Below, piece after piece: positions 41,139-54,366 of a stretch of 64,000 nt of DNA. Origin of the DNA: the human T2T-CHM13v2.0 reference genome, Homo sapiens. Below the pieces are notes generated by a model that saw nothing but the letters and a program-made list of their open reading frames with translations, did no database searches and was not told where the DNA came from. Position 1 is the stretch's first letter. Each line of letters opens with the position of its first letter. The stretch is from NCBI RefSeq assembly GCF_009914755.1, contig NC_060926.1; one strand, written 5' to 3'. The position numbers and the translations under genes are program-made.

Positions 41139-41569
41139 TGTAGTGGATTTTTCCTTTGTCTACACAAATAATCTGGAACTGCATTTCACAGAAGTTCTTT
41201 CCGCATGTGATTCTTTGTTAGCCCTGGTTGGAAAAGACATTCTAAATGAGATTTAGAAGGGGCTCACCAGAGGCTCATCAGCTATCACTGAGTTTTTCTC
41301 AAAGGTTTCCGTTTTTCCCCAAGCGTTCTAGTTCTGCCTTGTGAGTTCCAGTTTCTTATTGTTCTCTTTTAAAATCAACATTTCTTCTTGACTTCTGGTC
41401 TAGCTGTTGCAGAATAATTTGAATTTTGATACTAGACAGGGGGACAGCATCCTCAATAGACAGCTCCACTAGTTTCCACAATTGAGTAAAGTTTAATCAT
41501 GGTAATAAATCTCTTATTATATATTATTTATAGTGGCTTGAGGTTTCTGATGAAATCTCAACTGATAGA
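41139..41569 (+). mobile_element. ERVL-class 3' LTR (LTR40/41/52-like)
   Basis: Starts 'tgtagtgga' after a purine-rich tract; contains 'ctggaactgcatttc', then 'aataaatctcttatt..tagtggct..actgata'. Confidence 0.6.
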
Positions 41570-41574
41570 AAATT

Positions 41575-42120
41575 TTTGTCAATACCTGCTAAAGTGGAAC
41601 CTATGCATGCCCTATAAATCAGCAGCTATATTCCTAAATATCCACCCTTAGAAACAAGTACCTATGTGCACAAAAATACATAAACAAGAATATTCATAGC
41701 TCTTTATCCATCATAGCCCCAAACTGGAAACAACCCAAATGTCTATCTACAGAGGAGGAATAAATCCAGCATGAGATAGCCACACATTACAATACATATC
41801 AGGGAGAAGGAGCAAGCTTGTTTCATGCAACAACACAAATGAATCTCAAGACATGCTATTGAGAAAAAGAAGCCTAACACAAAAGAATGCATATTTATAG
41901 GAAGTTCATTAATCAATTGTAATAAAACTCAGAAAAGTGGTTGCCTTTAGGAGGAGGCAATGACTAGATTCAGTATGGGGTGAGATCTGGAGGGGTACTC
42001 ACCAGCATTATCTAGGAACAGATAATTTCATCTGGGGGAATTACATAGGTATATTCACTTTGTAAAATGTTGTAAGTTGTAGACTTAAGAGTTGTACGTT
42101 CTACTATTTGTATATTTGTA
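41575..42120 (+). mobile_element. L1ME 3' end, probable continuation of 33590-35770
   Basis: 'atagccccaaactggaaacaacccaaatgtctatc', 'atgaatctcaag' and 'ttacataggtatattcactttgtaaaat'. Confidence 0.8.
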
Positions 42121-42474
42121 CAAAATGACTAGAAATAATATCTACCTATCTCATAATATGTGGAGATTAAATGACATAGCTCATGCTTACCATGATAAAA
42201 TTTCAATAAATACTACATAGCATTACTTTGTTCTTACAAAAACTAGTAAAGGAAGATGAAAAGAAAAATTTTCACTAGGCAACCTTACAATTAGGAAAAA
42301 TGATAATTTTACACTAGAGAAAAAATTGGACCTAAAATTATAACATCAGAGGTGTAGTGTCCATTGTTTATATAAGATCACAACCTCACATTCTAATTTG
42401 AAAGGGTATTTTACAGCAAAGACAAGAACAGAGAAACTAGAGATTTATGCAGGAGGATATCTCCCTGTCTGATC

Positions 42475-42655
42475 TCCATTGTTCTCAACCACAGCTCACT
42501 CTATTTTCTTCGAAGAACTCTTAAAAAAAGTTTTGGGGCATATTTATTGTCTGATTTGTCCCATTAATATGTAAACTCCATGAGGACAGGTACCTTCTCT
42601 GTGTTTTCTATTTTTTCCCAGAGCTATGGCTAATGACTATCACACAGTCACTTCC
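42475..42655 (+). mobile_element. LINE-2 3' end
   Basis: 'tatgtaaactccatgaggacagg'. Confidence 0.65.
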
Positions 42656-42781
42656 CAAGTAAGTAAAGTGTAGTAAGTACAGTGATACACAGAGCTTGAA
42701 TACTCATGACCTGAACATAAAAAGCCGGCATCTATGGCATGTGGGCCAGCCATCTTGATAGGGTTGGCATTCCTAACTTAC

Positions 42782-42947
42782 CTCTCCCCTAGCTCCTTTC
42801 TTGTTGAAAGCCTTCCTGTCATAGTTAAGAGTTTTAGATCTGTAGAGTTCGAAGGGTGATTTTTTTCAAGGTCGACGATATCTGAATTGACATTTCTGAT
42901 ACGGTTGCCCTTGTACTTTTCTTGATGAAATGACACCACCACAAATC
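42782..42947 (-). other. Candidate exon of an unidentified transcript
   Basis: Minus strand: pyrimidine-rich tract plus AAG acceptor, 166 nt, then GAG|GTAAGT donor; one frame open; non-repetitive. No recognised homologue. Confidence 0.3.
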
Positions 42948-43929
42948 CTTTCCAAAATGAAGTGGAAAATGAAGGCGAATAAATAAATAACTAATGAAGT
43001 GGCCACAGATCAACTAATTATGATCACAATATCAGAAAGTTCATGTTAATAAGAAGTGTGTGTCATTTTACTTTGCATTTATTTATAATCTGGAAAATGT
43101 TGACAGGACATTCTTGTGTCATCAAAAATTTTATCTAATAATCAATGAGACAGAATCACTATAAATAATTTAAAATCTATTAACTAAATACAAAGATTTA
43201 ACTGAGTTCTGCCAATGAGGCTTGGGGCACTTAGCCATCCCCACAGCAGATGGGAACTGTCAAAGCACATAAACATTCAAAGTTGCAAGACACACTTTCA
43301 GATGACAGAAACCAGAAGAATTCATGCAAATCAATGAGCCCAACACACCTTATTTAAAAGAGAACATTTGACAGGCAATAGAGAAAACCATTTTGAATCT
43401 TTGCTTTTGGAGATATCCCAGGTTTTAATTATCAAATGTCACCATTTCCTAAATGGAGATTTTTCTACAGATAACCCTTTTAAAAATCTATTTAAAAACA
43501 GCATTTCTTCTACTGATCTTGGTGTTAATGTTATGCCAAATTATGTTTTCTTCACCATTCAGAACTTCACTTTAATGATATCCAGTAACACAATAAGGCA
43601 ACTATAAAATTTCCTTAATAGATTTGGCCAATTTAATTTTAAGCTAATCTGTTTGGGATGGATTTTGTTTACCACATGCTTGTAGCTATAAGAATTTTGA
43701 ACATAAAGATGGCGATGTCTCTCCAATTTCATTATAAGAGGAGCAGAAACATATTTGGAATGTATGTATTGTTCAGGATGTATGACAATGTGCTTGCAGA
43801 GCAAGAATACTATTTTTACTCAGTTTATATATCCATTTGGTGTTCCTTGTTGAGAGATGATGATAGAGCCTTAGGGGAAGTGACAATCCAAGCACCACCA
43901 CTGGCAAATGAGATTTCCACTGAAAATGT

Positions 43930-44180
43930 CAATAAAATAACTGACATATACATGGTACTTGCTCATTTAAAGAATGACTTCCTATGCGTGAGTTAATTTG
44001 TTCTTGAAGTTAATCTAAGGAAGAGATTAAGAATATCTTTATTGGCCCCATTTACAACTGAAGAAACTGACAGTTGGGGAAGTTGCGAAACCAATGACAG
44101 ATCACAATCACAGTTAACTCAACATCCAAGGACAAGAACCCTTTCAACTTCAAATTTGTCTCTTTCCCATACATCATAGT
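43930..44180 (-). mobile_element. MIR (degenerate)
   Basis: 'ccccatttacaactgaagaaactgac'. Confidence 0.55.
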
Positions 44181-44389
44181 GAGGGAAAAATCACATGGAT
44201 CTTCTGAAAACAGCATAATATTTCAAAAGAAACTGCATTGATATTGATCATTGCATTTTCAATGTGCACCTTCTATACCTCTTTTGTTAGGACCAGGTGA
44301 TGCCATGGAGAAGGAGAGACTCGGTCTCTATCCCATATCTAAGTGGAAAGGTGATTTGCAGGACCATCCCTCTAAAAAGTGATACCATG

Positions 44390-44693
44390 TAGTTCCTGGA
44401 AGAAGTGGAATATCTCAGCCCAGATCTCAAATTTGAGCAGGAGTTGGCCTGAAGAAGGGGCAGGATGTTCTAGGCAGAGGAAATTTCACATACAAAGGCA
44501 CAGAGACAAGAAAGTGTGACACAGTCAAATAACTGAAATAAATCCAGTTTGGTCTGAGTGTACTGAGAGACTGGGGAATCATGACAGAGGTGACCAGGGG
44601 AACAAGCAGGCAACGGATCCCAGAGGACCTTATACATCATTTTTAAAGTTTTAGACTTTAAGAGCAATGGGAGCTTTGTAAGAGGTTTGAGCA
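44390..44693 (-). mobile_element. LINE-2 fragment
   Basis: 'ttctaggcagaggaaatttcacatacaaaggcacagag' and 'gagcaatgggagct'. Confidence 0.75.
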
Positions 44694-45292
44694 TTTCATG
44701 TGTATTGACAACATTGTTTTAATGTTTGTTTGCATTTGTAAGGGAAGACCTCTTTTGGAGCATGTTGGACCTTCTTTGGAAAGCTGCCAATGAGTAAGAT
44801 TGCAAATGGCCAGATGGGCCTTAGAAAGAATAAGATTTCTGATCCAAACTGATATAAATTTTATTCTTGATATAATACAAATGCATACTGACATAATTGG
44901 CCTTAAAGATAATTAATAATATAACAAGCCCATAGGTTTTGATAATGTAATTGACCTATTTCTACTTGGGGTATCTTTTTGTACTCTACTTGGTTTTACA
45001 GACTAAATGGTCTTGGTTATTGGAAATAACTTTAAATAATCTCCCAAATCTAGGCAAGATCCCCGGGCAATTAGAAGCTGAGATATTTGCATGCCAAACT
45101 GTAAGGTTCAGCATATGGTCCCAAATATTTGCATAAATAAAATCTTAAGATAGCATTTTCAGTGAGGTACTTTTATTTTTGTCTTTCATTCACAACACCT
45201 AAACAGTGTTTCTTTCAAACACAGATTATCTCCTTATACATTGTCCTCAAGTAATATTTTATGTATGTTATTTTTTCTTATACAGAATATAC

Positions 45293-45601
45293 AGCCGAGT
45301 ATGGTGGCTCATGCCCATAATCCCAACATTTTGGGAGGCTGAGGCGAGCGGATCACCTGAGATCAGGAGTTCAAGACCAGCCTGGCCAACATGGCAAAAC
45401 CCTGTCTCTACTAAAAATACAAAAATTAGCCAGGCATGGTGGCCAGTGCCTGTAATATACCAGCCACTAGGGAGACTGAGGCAGAAGAATCGCTGGAACC
45501 TGGGAAGCAGAGGTTGCAGTGAGCAGAGATCACACCACTGTACTCCATCCTGGTCAACAGAGTGAGACTCCATCTCAAAAAAAAAAAAAAAAAAAAAAAA
45601 A
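45293..45601 (+). mobile_element. AluSx-like, full length
   Basis: 'ggatcacctgagatcaggagttcaagaccagcctggccaacatgg'; poly-A tail. Confidence 0.96.
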
Positions 45602-45925
45602 TATTGGGTGTTAAAAATAGAAATGTGCAAAAAGAAAAGGTAAAATAACTCACACTAGGGCAAATATCTTAACTTGTTGATTGTTTTACAAAAATAAACT
45701 CATATCCCATATCCTGATTTATAGTGTTTTTAAATATTTTTCCATTTAATTACATCTCATGAAGCTTTTTAATGTGATTATTCATCTGAATACATTTTAG
45801 TGAGTGTAGTTTCCCATCTTATGAATGAAACTACTTAACCAATTCCATATTGCTAGAGATTTAGGTTTCTTTTTTTAATTATAAACAACACTGTAATTTA
45901 TGATGTATGATTAACTAACATCTAG

Positions 45926-45987
45926 TGGCATAATAAAAGTAAAAATATGCTAGCCATGGCATAATAAAAGTAAAAATATGCTAGCCA
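45926..45987. repeat. Perfect 31-bp tandem duplication
   Basis: 'tggcataataaaagtaaaaatatgctagcca' at 45926-45956 and 45957-45987. Confidence 0.95.
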
Positions 45988-45988
45988 C

Positions 45989-46040
45989 CATATATATATA
46001 CATATACACACACACATATATACACACACGTATGTAACAT

Positions 46041-46071
<31 letters not shown>

Positions 46072-46072
46072 C
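45989..46072. repeat. Compound (TA)n/(CA)n microsatellite
   Basis: Alternating TA and CA runs. Confidence 0.9.
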
Positions 46073-46178
46073 TTTTTTCGTCTTCTTTTTTGAGATGGTG
46101 TCTTATTCTGTCACCCAGGCTAGAATGCAGTGGCACAACCTACAGCCTCCATCTCCTGGGCTCAAGTGATTCACCACC
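46073..46178 (-). mobile_element. AluJ/FLAM-type fragment
   Basis: 'tgagatggtgtcttattctgtcacccaggctagaatgcagtgg...cctgggctcaagtgat'. Confidence 0.85.
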
Positions 46179-46552
46179 AAATAATATATTTATCAGCCCC
46201 AAATATTTCTGCCTTTTCCACATTAATATGACAAAAGCAAAGAAGTATCTTTTGGCCATCATATGCCTAAATAAAGGTATTAATATAGCATACATTTAAT
46301 TATTTTAAGAAATCATATTTATCTACACTTCAAGGTCATTGGAGAACAGGACAAAACTGTCAGTCCACATGAATTTATGTGACTGCCATAAACAGTCAGT
46401 GCAAGCAACATAACCTTTAATATTGCTTATGGAGCTAAGTAAATAGCCTTAAGAAAGAACTTTTTAAAAATATATATAGTCGCTTAGTTTCTAGCATAGA
46501 ACATCTTGAGCTTCAAGGCAGATAAGAAATTTTCCTTAAAAGATTACCCTGA

Positions 46553-46858
<306 letters not shown>

Positions 46859-46901
<43 letters not shown>
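46859..46901. repeat. (AC)~21 microsatellite at the Alu tail
   Basis: Pure AC run. Confidence 0.97.
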
Positions 46902-46902
<1 letters not shown>

Positions 46903-47119
46903 CTAGAAGAGTAATTTAGCATTCTGAATTCGATCTAACTGGATGTCCTCGTTCCCGGCTGGAGTCCATAGTAGCCTCTCCCAGTAGAGAAACTTGGTCA
47001 GTGGTCACAATGGCAGACATCTGCAGATCATTGTGGTGATCTAGAAATACTGGTTTCCTACCTGAGAAGTTAAAATATTGAGCCTTATAACCTTGACCAA
47101 ATTTAGTTTCCCAGATTTT

Positions 47120-47325
47120 GAGTCTGGTCTCTGAAATCAGACCACCTGTATTTGAATCAGAAGTCTACCTCTTGCAATCTGTTTGAATTTTTGAAAAAGT
47201 TATTTGGACCTCAGTTTCCATAGGAGACTCTAAGCAGTTGATGGGAGGTTTAAACAAAATAATCAGTATAAATCACTTAGTTCAGTATCTGGCTCACAGA
47301 GCATACTTGGCAAATGTGAGGTATT
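47120..47325 (+). mobile_element. MIR
   Basis: 'aatcagaccacctgtatttgaatc', 'cctcagtttcc' and 'cacttagttcagtatctggctcacag'. Confidence 0.7.
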
Positions 47326-48499
47326 GAGTTCTCAAATTTGTAAACGTAAATAGAGTAAGAAAAACAAATGTCAACTCCCTATCAAGACAATGTCTTATTT
47401 GTCTCACTTGTTACCCAATTCAAAATGAAGTGGAGACAAGATCTTAAAACAGCTTGGTATGTCAAATCTTATTTAAAAGTGGAGGAGAAAGTAGAAAGAG
47501 AAGAGGAGAAAAAGGGGGAGCAGGAGGAAGGATGGGAAGGGGAGGAAGAGCAAATGCATTCTAGAATATACATTAGATGTACACTTAGATACACTTAGAT
47601 ACACAGATTACAAATTCATATATTAAAAAGGAATAAATTATAGCTATTGAAATGATGCCACTGATAGAAGAAATGTCTAATATCCTGAGACATCACATCA
47701 TACAAAGTTATTTTCTTCTAGAAAACAGAATATCAACTTGAAGGTGATCTCTGTAACTTAACATTTCTAGGTGTTATTCTTGTCATTTGAAGAGTGAGAA
47801 ATTTAAGTAGTAATTTTTTAAAAAACATGGTTATCAAAAATGCCTATGATTTAATGAAACAATATTAAATATGATAAATTCCAATAAAAGCAAAGAAATT
47901 AGAGCTCCTTTAGGAAATTCTTCACTATAAGAAGATTTACTTAAAGGAAGATAATAACAAACATTTTTCCTTCTGCTTGTATAAAGATCACTGAAGCTAA
48001 GGAAAGCATCAACTTAAAAGAAAATGTATTTTCAAGGGGAAATGGCACAGTGTTACAAGGAAATGAGAAAATGTGATATAATTTCATATCTGAAAACAGG
48101 CTATATTCACAACAAATTGATTTTAACTTATTTTAAACATGTTTATGGGTCTTTTATTATAAAAAGAAATGCATTATCATTGCAAACAAAACTACTTGAA
48201 AGTGAAAAATATGATACTTCAGTGATATAATTAAGAATTCTAAACTACTGTAAATATCAAACCATTAATAATTTTCACTTGTAATAATTAAACTGGGATG
48301 GAATGGCACATTCCTGTGTCTATGTATTGAACAACTGCTCATGTCTAAATTTAAGGTATGTATTAAAAAAATAAAATCATCTATGGCCCCACCATCTACA
48401 GATAATCACTAGTAGCAGGTTTGTATATCTCCTGCCCAAGCTTACTCATTCTCTCTCTTTCTCTGACATTTTTGGGGGTCCGTAAACTGTTAAGCATTA

Positions 48500-48930
48500 T
48501 TTTTCATGTAATCTTTCAACTCCAAAGGAAAGATTAGCTAACGGAGTAAAGGATATTTGAAATAAAGAATAGGAGATCTTTCAGAAAACCCAAGGATGAG
48601 AGAACAGCTGGGCATCAAGAAATACCGGCATCAAGAAGAAGAGATGCTGGGAAAACCACTGTCTTCCATTACGTTCTTCTATCTTTCTCTGGGGCCACTG
48701 AACCTCATGTCTGCTTCTTTTTGCACCTTTGCTTGTCACTACTCTCATCGTTTTGGCTTTCTCACAGTTCGCTCTTGTAACTATTTCAGATAAACTAGCA
48801 CCTCTTACCCCAATTCCATATTCTCAGAAGGGAGAATCTCTTTGACTCCATTTGTATTAGGAATTGAGAATAACATACTGCAGTTCTCAAGCAAAGAAGC
48901 ATCTGGTCTTGGTAGGCACTGTAGCATTAG
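48500..48930. mobile_element. Possible old MaLR (MLT1-type) LTR remnant
   Basis: Weak resemblance only ('aaaggatattt', 'ctctggggccactg', 'gggagaatct'). Confidence 0.3.
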
Positions 48931-49001
48931 TCCGCTGTACCATGAACATCTTCTGTATGAATAAATGAAAATCTACCAATCTACATCATTGATTGACTCT
49001 A

Positions 49002-49314
49002 TTTTATTATTATTATTATTGTGTGTGTGTGAGAGAGACAGGGTCTGGCTCTGTGGCCCAGGCTGGAGTGCAGTGTTGTAACCACTGCAGCCTCAACTTC
49101 CTGGGCTCAAGTGTTCATCCCACCTCAGCCTCCCAAGTAGCTGGGACTACAGTCGTGGCACTACCACACCTGGCTAATTTTTGTATGTTTTGTAGAGACA
49201 CGGTTGTTCCATGTTGCTCAGGCTGGTCTTGAACTTCCTAAGCTCAAGCGATCTGCCTGCCTGCCTCGGCCTCCCAAAGTGCTGAGTTTACAGACATTGG
49301 CCGCTATGCCCAGC
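49002..49314 (-). mobile_element. AluJ
   Basis: J-type 'gagacagggtct', 'gcagcctcaacttcctgggctcaag' and 'gctcaagcgatct'. Confidence 0.94.
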
Positions 49315-49534
49315 ACTTTTTTTTTAAATGTTAGCATCATTGCAGAATAATTGACAAAAATAACTCACATGCATTTAAGGTGTACAACATTTTAACAGTT
49401 GTGTTTTGTATTCCAAAACATTGGTAATACATTTTGAACATTCTTTTATCGATGAACATTTAAACTATTTCTAATTCTTTTAATTAAAACAATGTTGTAT
49501 AAAAATTAATGTATATGGAGACTTCTGCTCCTAT

Positions 49535-50055
49535 TTATTTTTCCCCAGCTTTATTGAGTTATAATTGACATAGATTGGACAAATTTAACGTGTATAATAT
49601 GACACTTTGATATTCATATGTATTGTGAAATGATTATGACGATCAAGTTAGTTAACACATCTAATACCCCATTGTTACCACTGGTGGGAGGGGGCAGGTG
49701 GTAAGAACATTTAAGATCTACTCTGAACAAATTTGAAGTGTACCATACAGTATTGTTAACTACGGTCACAATGCTGAATGCTGAATACTAGATCCCCAGA
49801 ATGTATTCATCTTAATGACTGAAAGATTGTGCCTTTGACCAACATCTCCCATTCTCCCCCAGCTCCCCAGCACCTGGCATTCTATTGTTTCTATGAGTTC
49901 AACTTCTTTCAATTCCACATATAAGTGAGATCATTTTTTTCTTTGTCTAACTTATTTCACTTAGTACAAAACCCTCAAGTTTTATCCATATTGTCGAAAG
50001 TGGTAGGATTTCATTCTTTTGCATGGCTAAATAATATTCCATTGTTTATATATTA
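49535..50055 (-). mobile_element. L1MA9/10-like 3' end
   Basis: 'cagctttattgag..ataattgaca', 'ggtaagaacatttaagatctactct' and 'tttgaccaacatctccccatt'. Confidence 0.88.
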
Positions 50056-50074
50056 CTATATATCCATAGGAAAG

Positions 50075-50457
50075 AGGAACATTATAGATGTAATTGTTAA
50101 GCTAATATGAAGTCATACTGGAGCAGAGTGAGCCCTAGTCCCACATGGCTGGTGTCCTTATAAAAGAGAGGAATTTGGATACAAACTTGCACATAGGAAA
50201 AATGCCATGGGGAAATGAAGGCTGAGATTGGGATGATGCTTCTACAAGCAAAGTAACCCTGAAATTATCAGAAATTTACCAGAAGCTAGGGGAGATGTAT
50301 TTAACAGTTTCTGCCTCTCAGTCCTCAGAAGGACCAACCCTGCTGACACCATGATCTCAGACTTTCAGTCTCCAGAATTATGACACAATAAATTTCTGCT
50401 GTTTAAGACGCCTAGTTTTTGTGACTTTATTACTACAGCCCTAGCAAAGTAATGCGA
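50075..50457 (+). mobile_element. MaLR LTR, MLT1B/C-like (5' end missing)
   Basis: 'ctggtgtccttataaaagagagg', 'ccagaagctagggg', 'caaccctgctgacacc' and 'aataaatttctgctgtttaag'. Confidence 0.88.
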
Positions 50458-50492
50458 GATTCTGCCATGTTGGTACAAACATCCATAGTTTA

Positions 50493-51205
50493 TGTGACAG
50501 TTAATATTGAGTGTCAACTTGATTGGATTGAAAGATGCAAATATTTGCAAATCAAATACTGGATAGAGGACTTGTTTTCAGAAAATATAAAGAATTTTCG
50601 AAACTCAACAATAAGAAAGCAAATAACCAAATCACAGTGGTGCGATCTTGGCTCATTGCAACCTCCGGCTCCCGGGTTCAAGTGATTCCCCTGCCTCGGT
50701 ATTGTTCCTGGGTGTGTCTGTGAAGGTGTTGCCAAAGATTAACATTTGAGTCAGTGGACTGGGAGAGGCAGACCCACCCTCAATCTGGGTTGGCACCATC
50801 TAATCAGCTGTCAGTGCATCTAGAATAAAGCAGGTGGAAGAAGTTGGAAAGAGCAGACTTGCTGAGTCTTCCAGTCTTCAACTTTCTCCCGTGCTGGATG
50901 TTCTCTGCTCTTGAACATCAAACTCCAAGTTCTTCAGCTTTTGGACTCTTGGACTTATGCTAGGGGTTTGCCAGGGGCTCTTGGGCCTTTGGCCACAGAC
51001 TGAAGGCTGCACTGTTGGCTTCCCTACTTTAGAGGTTTTGCAACTCAGACTGATCCACCACTGGCTTCCTTGCTCCTCAACTTGCAGATGGCCTATTGTA
51101 GAACTTTACCTTGTGATCATGTGAATCAATTCTCTTTAATAAACTCCCTTTCCTATATACATATATCCTATTAATTCTGTCCCTGTTGAGAACCCTGCTA
51201 ATACA
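50493..51205 (+). mobile_element. ERVL solo LTR MLT2A, carrying a ~157-bp internal insertion
   Basis: 'tgtga..gttaatattgagtgtcaacttgattggattgaa.gatgcaaa', then the insert, then 'gtattgttcctgggtgtgtctgtga...gagaaccctgctaataca'; flanks gttta / gtttg. Confidence 0.93.
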
Positions 51206-51827
51206 GTTTGTTTCTTTTTATTACTAAGTTTTATTCCATTGTATATCTACACAATGCTCATCCATTCACCAACTGAGGGCATTTTGGTTGCTTCCAGTTT
51301 GGGGTGATCACAAAAAAAGCTATAATAAACATTTGAGTTCAGATTTTTTATGTGAACATAATTTTTCACTTCCTTTAAATAAATAGGAGTAAGATTTCTG
51401 GGGTATATGGCAAATGGATATTTAAAAGTACCAGAAACTACCAAACTGTTTGCTAAATAAGCTTCCCCATTTTGCATTCATACCAGCAATATATTTTACT
51501 TTGCGTCTTTGCCTGAATTTGGCACTACCATTTTGTTTTGTTTTTTACTATCATTGTGTATGCAGAAGGGTAGCCCCTTGTGGTTTTCATTTGCTTTTCT
51601 ATAATTATTAATGATGCTGTGCATCTTATCATGTGCTTATTTGCCATTCTTCTATTTTCTTTAGTGAAGAGTTGATTGGATCTCTTGCCCATTCCTTTAT
51701 TTGGTTATTTGCTTTCTTATTGTTGAGTTTTGAAAATTCTTTATATTTTCTGAAAACAAGTCCTCTATCCAATATTTGATTTGCAAACATTTTCTGACAG
51801 TCTGTGGTATGTCTTTTTCATTTGCTT

Positions 51828-52405
<578 letters not shown>

Positions 52406-53606
52406 TAATTTAATAAAGTTCAGTTTATCAATGTATCCTTTATGAACCATGCTTTTGGTCCTAAATCTAAGAAATCTTTGTCTAATTTAAGATGAGAAAG
52501 ATTATTCTCATGTGTTTTCTTGCAGAAGCTTTATAATTTTTGGCTTTATATTTAGGAATATCCATTTGGAGTTAATATTTTATATGGTAAAAAACATAAT
52601 GTTTAAAAATTTCAAAAAATACTTTTGGTTTGGGGTTTTGATTTGCATTTAGATATCCAATTGTTTCAGCACTATTTCTTGATTGGCTAAATCTTGAGTT
52701 GCTGTAGGCTTCTTTTAATGCCTTTATCTGGTTGTGCTATTAGGCCAATGCTGGCCTCATAAAATAAGTTGGAAAGTATTCCTTCTTTTTTAGCTTTTTG
52801 GTGAAGTTTGTGTAAAATTGGTATTTTTTCTTCTTAAATGTTTGAAAAAAATCACCAGTAAAGTTACATGCACCTGAAGTTTTCTTTGTGGGAAGGTTTT
52901 GAACCACAGATTCAGTTTCTTTAATAGATACAGAATGTTCATGAATCTATACATATCTATGTCTATATATATCATGTTTATACATATATGTATATCTACA
53001 TCTTCTTGCAGAGCTTTAGTAGTTTCAGTTTTTCAAAGAATTTGTCTATTTCACCTAAACTGTAGAAATTGACATAAATTTGTTTGTAATATTTCCTTAT
53101 TTTCCTGTTATAATATGTGTAAGTTCTACAGAGGTCTTTCCTCTGTTATTCTTGATATTGACAATTTGTGTCTTACTTTTTTTTCCTGGTTAGTCTGACA
53201 AAAGATTTATAAGAGTATCAGCATTTGGTGTTATTGATTTTCTCTATTGTTATTCTATTTCATATTTTAGTAGTTTCTGCTCTTGTGTTTATTATTTCCT
53301 TTGTTACACTTACTTTAGGTTCAATCTTCTCTTAATTTTCTAGTTTTTAAAGATGTTACAGGTTTTCAGGATTTTTAGGTTATAAATTTCCCTCTAAGCA
53401 ATGCTTTGGCTGCATAACAGAATTGTTTTTATATTGTTTTCATTTTTCATTCAGCTCAAAATATTCTAATCTCCTGTTTTAGTTCTTCTTTAACTTTGCT
53501 GTAGGTTTCTTAATTCTCAGACTTTGGAGAATTTTTAAAGAGAACTTTCTGCTATTGATTGCTAATTTTATAATCATCATAAAATTTATTTTGTATTACT
53601 TGAATA

Positions 53607-53930
53607 CAGTTGTCCCTTTTTATCTGCAGTTTCTCTTTCTGCAGTTTTATTTACCCATAGTCAACCATGGTCTGAAAATATTACAGAACTTTGACAGCAA
53701 AGAGAGAGACTACATTCACATAACTTTTATTACAGTCTATTGATATAATTGTTCTTTTTTATTATAATTTTTGTTAATCTCTTACTGTGCTCAATTTATA
53801 AATTAAACTTTATTTTAGGTATATGTACATAGGAAGAACATAGTGCATACAGGGTTTAGTACTATCTTCAGTGTTAGGCACCCACTGGGAGTCTTGGAAC
53901 ATATCCTCCATGAAGAAGGAGGGACTACTA
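53607..53930 (+). mobile_element. MER44A (TcMar-Tigger MITE)
   Basis: TIRs 'cagttgtccct' and 'agggactacta' with TA on both sides; body 'acattcacataacttttattacag...aatctcttactgtgc..aatttataaattaaactt'. Confidence 0.9.
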
Positions 53931-53953
53931 TACTTTTAAATTTACTAAAACTT

Positions 53954-54366
<413 letters not shown>

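Noticed and set aside
46925-47060. Possible minus-strand exon with a short open frame (..MSAIVTTDQVSLLGEATMDSSRERGHPVRSNSEC)
   Set aside because: Acceptor-like AGs exist, but there is no convincing donor and no recognisable homology.
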